DNA of 64,000 nt from a virus (taxonomy: Duplodnaviria; Caudoviricetes), in the IMG/VR virus record IMGVR_UViG_3300002307_000042, positions 1 to 64,000 of that record; one strand, written 5' to 3'. Shown piece after piece: positions 39,901 to 48,900 of this stretch. The position numbers and the translations under genes were made by a program. The notes under the pieces are model-generated. The model did no database searches. It had not been told where the DNA came from and was given only the letters and a program-made list of their open reading frames with translations. Position 1 is the stretch's first letter. Each line of letters begins with the position of its first letter.

Positions 39901-42900
39901 GTGTGAGAGACATCTACCGCTGTACCGGTACTATAACCTATATGGAAAATAGTGTCATTGCCGTTGAAGTATTCTCCGCTATTATACATAGCAAATGTGT
40001 TAGGCAACAACGGAGCCATAAATGACACCCCGGACCCAATTGGATTGATGATATAACTAGCAACAACTGTGTCACTTAGTGTCTTGTTAGCCTGTTCAAA
40101 AATTATGTTAGTGTTGCGTACCCAGAAATAATAAACAGGAACAATTAATCCAGAACTATTAATTGAACTACCTATCACATACTGATTTACATCGTATGGA
40201 ACTCCAGGGCCTTGATAGTTTACAGGGAGAATATAACTACTGATCCACGTATATACTGCTACATCGCTGCCAGGAAATACCATAGCCCAATGGCGACTAT
40301 TGTACACTACATCATTTTGATGATAGTTCATCCATCTTACATTAGTAGTGTCAAACCAGATTTTTCCTACTTGTTCTGCGCCCCATATCATACCAGGAAG
40401 ATTTGTATAGTTTACATTATATTTTGCTGGGTCTGCGCTAGAGATAAAATCAATATTTTCTCTAGCAACACCCAACAACTTATTCTGTAGTGGATCTGGA
40501 TAATCAAAATTCACCAATGTCTGGTTAGTAGTGGCACTGAATAGCTGAGTGTTTTGAATTTTTTCAATATCCACCACTGGGCTACTTTGTCTATAGACTG
40601 CCCAATCATTTTGTCCTGTAATATTGTTGTAGATTACTACTTTACCGCCTACTGTAACTGGTTGGTAATTAGGACTTCCTACAATAGCAACATTGTTGTT
40701 GAAATCAAGTGATAGTCCATAGCCAGGATTATATCCATAATCTAATGAGGTGTCTATAACATCTTGTGCATATACATACTTGCCAGGATTATTTAGAGAT
40801 TCTTTATTGTTTGAAAGATATTCAAAAATATAGGCTGCTCCGGCATTTGGATACTGTTCTACGAATCCAGTTGCATTGTTATCAAACAATGTGTCGTTGT
40901 CTAGATTAGCATCATCAGTAAAGTCAAAGAATGTTCCCTCAAAACGAGTACCAACAGGTGAAGACACTAATAATCCATTATTGTTGTTAAGCTTTACTGT
41001 GGTGCCAAACTGAGTAGGTCCGGTGCCATGTGGCGATGTTATAATTTGTGTATTAGTATAGACTTGTAGACCAAGTTCAGTCAATACATTACTACTAAAC
41101 GCAGTAATGATTAATTTCTGTTCTACTGGACTTAACTCATTATTGATCAATTGAATCATTAATTTATTGTCGGATGTAGCAGCTGCCTGAATATTAATCA
41201 ATTTATTATTGTTTATTTGCTGAGCAACACTCGTAGCATTACCTGTAGTCAAATTTACAGCAAATCCGTTAATCAACACTGTTCTATTAGTCGTCACATT
41301 GCATGGATTAGTTCCAATTATATAACCATATTTGGCGCTGCCGTTAATATAGCTGTATACTGCTCCTTCAACATTATTGTCGTTGATTTCGTATGGAGAG
41401 CCTACTACAATATCGGCGCCTAATTTAGTAATGTCTACACTTGTGCCAAATTGTGCATCAATTCTACTAGTAAAACTGCTACTAAACTGTTGCACTAGAT
41501 TAAACCTATTGTCACTTACGTTTATAATGTCCCCGACAATTACTGTTCCTAAATAATAGAACATATTGCCAACCACAGCATAGTTATTATCAGTCACTAT
41601 ATTTCCGTTTACGCTCACAAACATTGGATTATTTTGAGGATAAACACTGAACGATAGTCCTGTAGCATTAGTCAATACTATAGCAGTACTGGAATTACGT
41701 GAACTCTTAATTTTAATAGTAGAACCCACAATACTATGAATATAGTAAACAACGTAAGGCATAAGTCCGGTGTTCTTGAAATCATTAAAGGTATTGTTAG
41801 TTCCTATTAACATGATTGGCATGTTTACCGATAAACTAGTAACATTGTTAAGTGTTATGAAGTTACTGCTTACTACCGAACCAGTCTTACTTGATAAGTT
41901 ATTAGGGGTCCAAGCTAAACTAAAGCTAGTATTCTGAGATGGTAGGGTGCTATTAGGTACTAGGAAGTTTTGAACAGTCCTTGCATATGCATATGCGGAG
42001 CCATCATTTTGAGATCCGTAGTATGGTGCACCTACTACTAACACGCTTCCATCAATATTAGTTGCGATACTTGATCCAAACAAATCTCCGCTAGTGCCAG
42101 CAATAGTGTTAACATAACTATATGTAATTTGTGTAGCAGCGCCTGTTCCCGAACCTGATCCAGTTGCAACAAAAGTGATTCCAACTTTGTTTTCTATTGC
42201 ACCAACCGCAGTGAAATCAGTAGTGCCTAATGTAGTAATTACATAAGTTTCACCAGAAACAAGATAGCCGGCTGTTACTGGAATATTCTGTTTTTGATAG
42301 ACATATACATTACCTTTATCTAATGCTGAAATATATAACCAATTGCCGTCATCACTAAACGCTATCTTGTTACCCCAATTAACTGAACTATCTCTACTGC
42401 TAATCGTCTGTATCAACTGTGCTTGATTAGTCAATACAGTATCATTGACCACGTATAGCTTGACAGTGTATCCGGAGGTTGGCTGTGATACTGCTACTAC
42501 ATTGTTATTATAAGCTATACTAGTACCAAAACTAGAACTTCCGTTAATCGTCTGTACAGTATTGATAGTCTGTGTATAATCATTTAACACGCTACGGTAA
42601 ACAATTCCATTAGTAGTATCACTATACCAATATTCATTTAGTGGAGTGTATGCTACTGCTGCCCCAAATGTTCCGTATAAGTTGTTAGTCTTTTGTTCAA
42701 ATGGAGTATAGTTGACAGATTTTTGATATACTGCCCAGTCACCATCGGTATTGGTATCAACCCAAACTGTGTTCTTAATGAACTCATTTTCAATCAAATT
42801 GAGATTTGCAATATCGCTAGGCTGTGATACGCGCTGGCTTTCAAACGCAAATCCTAATCCCCTACCTTGAATACTATTGTTATTGCCGGTAACTAGATTT

Positions 42901-45900
42901 AGATTGATAATTACTTCGTTTAGATTTATTACATCAGTTACCAAATAGTAACCATCAACTCCCGCTGAGAAATTAACAATTGCCATTGGATCATTCTTGT
43001 TCAACCCATGTGCGGTGCTAAATGTTACAGTAGCAGTTTGATTAGTATTTCCTCTGACTTGTATGACCTGTCCAATAATTTTCCAACGGAACACATTCCA
43101 TTTTTCTTTGAAATTAGCAAGCCACACATAGTCACCTACGTAAAAATTCTGAATAGGTACAGGGTTATTATAAGTGTTTACTGCAAATGGCAACTGTGCG
43201 TAGAAATAACTTGCCATTTTAACATCACTATAATTTACATATCCTGCACTAGGGAAAAGTAAACCATTAGTACTAGTGCTAGTAGTTTGCAGAATGTTTG
43301 CCTGAGTTACAGAATTTTCATAATTGTACAATTGCCAGATAGGAACTTCCTGCATTGCACCCTGGGTACCAACTCCATCAGTCAGACTTATTATAGCAGG
43401 ATCGCCTGTCATGTTAGCTTGATTGACTCTGAATTCTACAAAGTTTTGATTTAAAACTCCACCATAGTTACTATTTTGTATGGCCCAGTTTTCATATGTT
43501 TCGTATTGTATTCCACCTTGTGGTAAGTTAGCACCGCTAAATGCGCTTACGGCATTCAATGTTCCTTTGTTCTTGATTAAGTTTTGATAAACTTGAATTT
43601 GAGCAGAATCAGTCAAATCAATAGACTGTAAGTAATCTCTTGGTCTAAATCCAATTAAGCTAAATGATAGCAAATCTGATTCTTGCTGTAGATTTGCATT
43701 ATAAATGTCATAGTAAAGAACACTTTCATAAGCACGAGTACTTGGGTTAGGAAGTAGCCCAAACTGAACATCACTGTAGCTGATCTTTTTCCATTTAGTT
43801 TCGTCAAAGGTGTTTGATGGTTCAATAATAGTCAATGAAGTGTAATAATCATTTTTATACATGACAATAGCATTTTTTGTGTACTTGATACTGCCACTAT
43901 ATTCTTGTATATTATCCTGACTTAAAATGAATCCCCATGCATTTACTGTCCCGTTCCACTGAGCAGTCTTTAATCCGCGAGTAAAGATTCTATCCTGCTT
44001 TAACCCAGTTACTGGACTATAGATTACATCGTTGAACAACGTTAAGTTATTAAATACCACCCCGTGTTCAAAGTTACTCATGTTGAACTGAGCATAACTG
44101 ATGCTGTCACCAACGTTGATAGTGTGTGCATGGAATCTAGTACCATCACGATTCACACAAATATCTTTCAACTTTATAGGATACAAGTTTTGATTGAGTA
44201 AGAAATTACTTTGCTGCAATGTAAGCGGCTGCACTACCGTGTCTGCCGTGTCAATTACCAAATCCTGAGCAGATGGATTTAGTGTTATGATACTTCCATT
44301 CTCCCATCCCTGCTGTGACCAATACAAGAACTCAAGAACCATCTGGTCCCATGTAATAGATAGTCCATTGACAACTGTATCAAAAACTACTCCTTTACTA
44401 GAAAGATTTGCACCATAGCTCATTAAGAACTGGCTTAAATCTTGTGTGTTGTAAAACTTAGTACCATATGGCACTAAAGTTTTTCTATCTGAATAGTTAA
44501 CTGCTACTTTGACTTTTGCGTTTTCTACTGATAGGTTACTTACTTTACCATCAAAGAGTGGGTCTAATATTTCAAAATAAGCAAAGTTTTGACTATTTCC
44601 ATATACTGTCCAATAGCCTTTATTTTGCTGTACGATTACTGAACTAAAGACAATTCTATCATATGGCTGATTTTCGTACAACAAGATGTCATAGCTCTCT
44701 TGAGGTATTAGTAATGATGAGTTATTACTGTTGGCAGAACTTTTCTCCACATAGAAATTCATCAATTCTTTAGAGGAATATCCTGCCATTCTGTAAACCA
44801 ATCTTACATCAATGTTGTTTAACATAGTTGTAATATTAGTGGTACTATTAATACCTTGCTGCTTTTCATAATCAACTATCCAGTTGATGAATGAAGTCTT
44901 AGGAGTACCGTCACCGTATATTTCAATATTGCTTACAACTAAATGTGAGCGATCATTCACTAGATATTGATTAAATTCACTATTATACTTGTAGTTATCC
45001 AAGTCTACTGCATAGTTAAAGAATTCAGCAGGACGAGTCAACGCAAAGATTTTGATTAAATCAAATGGCCAAGTTGAACTACGGCGATAGCTTAATTCTA
45101 CTGGACCAACGTCACCCACTTTCCATTCAGACTGGAAAGTAGTAGCTGTATAGTTTCCTACGATAGCATCAAACGGACTCAACAAATTACCTGCACTGTC
45201 AACAGGAATTATTTGTGATAGCCCTGGGCGAGCTAGTTCAGGGACAATGTAGGGGTTACCGTTGTTATAAATGTATCCGTTTTCAATGTCATTCCACAGT
45301 ATCAAGTTAGTGCTAGTGTATGGTGCAGGACCATAACGACTAGTCCACCACGTGGGCATTTCACTGAAGCCTAGCATTTGCCATGGCGTTAAGTTAGGAG
45401 CAAAAGTATCGTAGAAATAACTGTATACTCCTCTCCAATATCCTTGGTCTATTGCAGAATTATCTAATTTATTTGCACTATTTCTATAGTTATAAGTGTA
45501 CTCATTATTCTTGCTAAAGTACTGAGTCTTGTAATCAAGTCTATTCTGCCCTACCCAGTCCAAGAAGTTAGGAGTATACATTTCAATAAATTCATCGTAA
45601 GTGTACGTTGCTGTACCTTGTCTGAAGTATCCAGGTAATACTTCATAATCACGAATAGGGACATTAGTGCTTAATTTGATATTATTATAAATTCTTTGTT
45701 CAAACTCTAGTAATGCTTGGTCTCTAAAATCAATCAATACATTATTAACTGAATCATATTCGCCATATAGTTTTGTATATGACCCATCGTGTCCTTTAAT
45801 AAAGTAAGTTGGGATTAGATAATCAGTCTCTAAGACAACACTTGGTTCAAACAACGGATATAGTCCCAACTTACTAGGAGTATAAGGAACGTATGATCCA

Positions 45901-48900
45901 TATGTCTGATTGAATTCGTTGATGCGAATTAGATCGCCATCCAATAGATCAGTCTCAATCGTTAGTGAAGGACTATCAGTACTAATAGTATAGTCAATAC
46001 CTTTTAATAACTGATATTCATACCCATCTCTAATCAAGTATACAAGTACGCCTTGATAATTGGCAGATGAAAAATTATATACAGTGCTGAGTGGGAAAAT
46101 ACTACGATCTAGACCATTGTTGAAAACGTATGTGTTGCTGATATACGGCGAACCATTTGGTAACATATCAGACCAGAAGAAGCTATTAATTTCACTCTTT
46201 GATGCTGCAATTTGTGCTAGTGCAGTGTCTAATATTGTTGAAGGAGTATAAGTCTGATCAAAACCAATAGAGTCAACCGTGCTTACAATCTGTTGCTTGT
46301 AAGTGATATATTCTCTACTATTGTAAATTAAACTGTCAAACAAATTATGATATGGGGTTCGCAAAAATGCGCCAGGTAGTACTAGTGAAGCACTATTCTG
46401 AATTATCTGAGTACCATATCCTAGTAGGTCACCGCAGTCACGATAGTTATTGTTTCCAAAAATTGGACCTACTGTGTTAGGAGCGTTACCAAAAATCTGC
46501 TCATAGTGATTTCTTATATCACCCAAGTTCACTGTAGTCAAGTCATTGTTCAATGGATTGTTAGTTAAGTTTACCGGTACCTGATAGTAAGCAGTATTGC
46601 TTACTTGATCACTCAATACCAAAACTTGTATAGGGGTGCTAACAGTAGGTTTATTGATCAATTGAATCGTGGTTGTATCAGTACCAATTGAATATGTAAA
46701 GTCTACATTGTTCGTATCGTCTGTAGAATGTCCTCCACTCTGATAGACGTTGTTATAAAATACTCTTACTCTTGGCCAGCCCTTCTCTCCTACAAGTAGA
46801 TTGGGTAATGCTGCGATATCGCACTGCAAGTAGGTTACTGGGTTAGCGATATCATAGTCAAAGTAAAATACCTGATACTGTACACTAGAAGCAACCGCAG
46901 TTTCCCACCCTAGCTTTCTAGTATAAGTTTCGGGTGTATTGTAATTATATACATACCCGATGTTAATATTTTCAGTAATAGGATTACTGTTTTGTACATA
47001 GTTAAAAGTATCTTCGTTAATGTTTACATCAAAACTGATATCCCCGATGCTACTAACTGAGCTATATGCAATAGGGAAGCCCAATACAGTATCACTAGTA
47101 CCAGTTCCTACTTTGTAAGAAAATAGCTTAGTACCGGTAAAACTAGTACCAACATAAATGTCATTGTCACTCAAGCTAATACCATTTTTATCAAAGATAT
47201 CAAACAATGGTGCCTGATTTACTTGAGTTTTTTGCTGACTTTCTTTCCAAACATTACCATCAAAATAGAAGCTCTTACCTTGATTATTGTAACCTCTGTA
47301 AACAATAACCTGAGTATTAGTAGAAATAACTCCATCTTCGGCTAATGTTAATGTGATTACTTGATCACCACCATTAGTGACTGTGCTGTATTCAGCAACA
47401 TAAATTTTGTTTCTGACATTTACATCATTATCATTAGAGAACACTACTCTGGCACCAGGAAAGAGACTATAGTTTTCAGTAGGATTGGCGCTCGCAACAA
47501 TTGATATATTAGAGGTGTATGGTATTGTTTGTGGAGTAACCCATGCAACAGTCAATGTATAATTAGTGCCATCATTGGTCAACTGAGTGATCTGAGTATT
47601 ATTAGGCAATATATTGAGTGCATCACTAATATACCTAGTATCTTGTATATTACCATATACTGCATTAATAGGAACTACTACTGTAGTACTAGTGCCATTA
47701 GTAACACCCATAATATTTGCATTTTGTGTAGAATATACTTGAATGTCAGGGTAATATACTAAACTATCAGGTACTGTTGACAATGCACTATTATTCTTTG
47801 TGTCAAAGAAGTCAATTGGACTCTTACCAACAATACCGGTATCAAATAATTGCAGGTTTGGATAAAATTCAATGATTGGTCTTTTAGCTTTATTATCACC
47901 ATTTGCAATATTTGCAATGCTAGGATTTGAATTATATTCTGCTGACTTGTTGATGACATCAATATGAAACCAGCGGTTGCTGCGAGACCATGCATTTCTA
48001 CTATAGCTGTTTCTAGCAATAGTGATGTAATCTTGGAGTACTGGCAAATACAAGTTTATTTCAAAGTCACCTATATCATATGGCAAAGTATCATAGGGGT
48101 TATAGATGCCCTGAGTAAACTTTTCAGGACACACTAAATCACCAACAGGAATCAATTCAATTGCAGTACCTACACCTTCAACATAATATTCTCCCTCTAG
48201 ATAGCTAGTTGGGATTACGTCGCCATTGAAAGCTACTTTAAGTCCATTAGTAAATGCTACGCCGTTTGAACTTGTAAACTGTTTGTGCCCTAAAATATCA
48301 GTTTCTACATTTAATGTGTTAGTTAAATTACTGTCAATGATTTTGATAATGCCAACTCTATCGGGGTATGTGCCATCCTGATAGTAGAGTGTTGTCAGCG
48401 GAGCAGTGATATAGGGAATTAAATTGATATATCCATTACTATCACGATACAAAGGTCTATTGGCATAAACAGTACCAAAGTTTGGGGTAATCTTCTCAAG
48501 TTCATTAATAGTGCCGTCTGGGACAAGTCTAAGAACAGGATCATTATTGCCAGTAGGTAGATATTGAATTCTATAATATGTTGCGTTAACACTGGTATAG
48601 AATCCGTCTTCTAATAGACCTTGATTTACATTAGCAATCATTGATCCTGAATCAGTAGTAAGCGTTAAAGGAGTTCCTCCCAATGTGGTGCTAATTTGGA
48701 TAGTATTAGATGTTTTACTTGTAATAAAGTAAACTTGTCCTGGGACTACGCCACCGAACGAAGGATTATTAAAACTAATAGTCTGTCCTACAACTAACCC
48801 GTCAGTGTTTCCGCTAGCTAATGTAAAGGAATTGGTGTCACAGCTACTCAGTATGATTGTTAAGTTTGGTACTTCTATACTAAACGCAGGGTCATTCGTG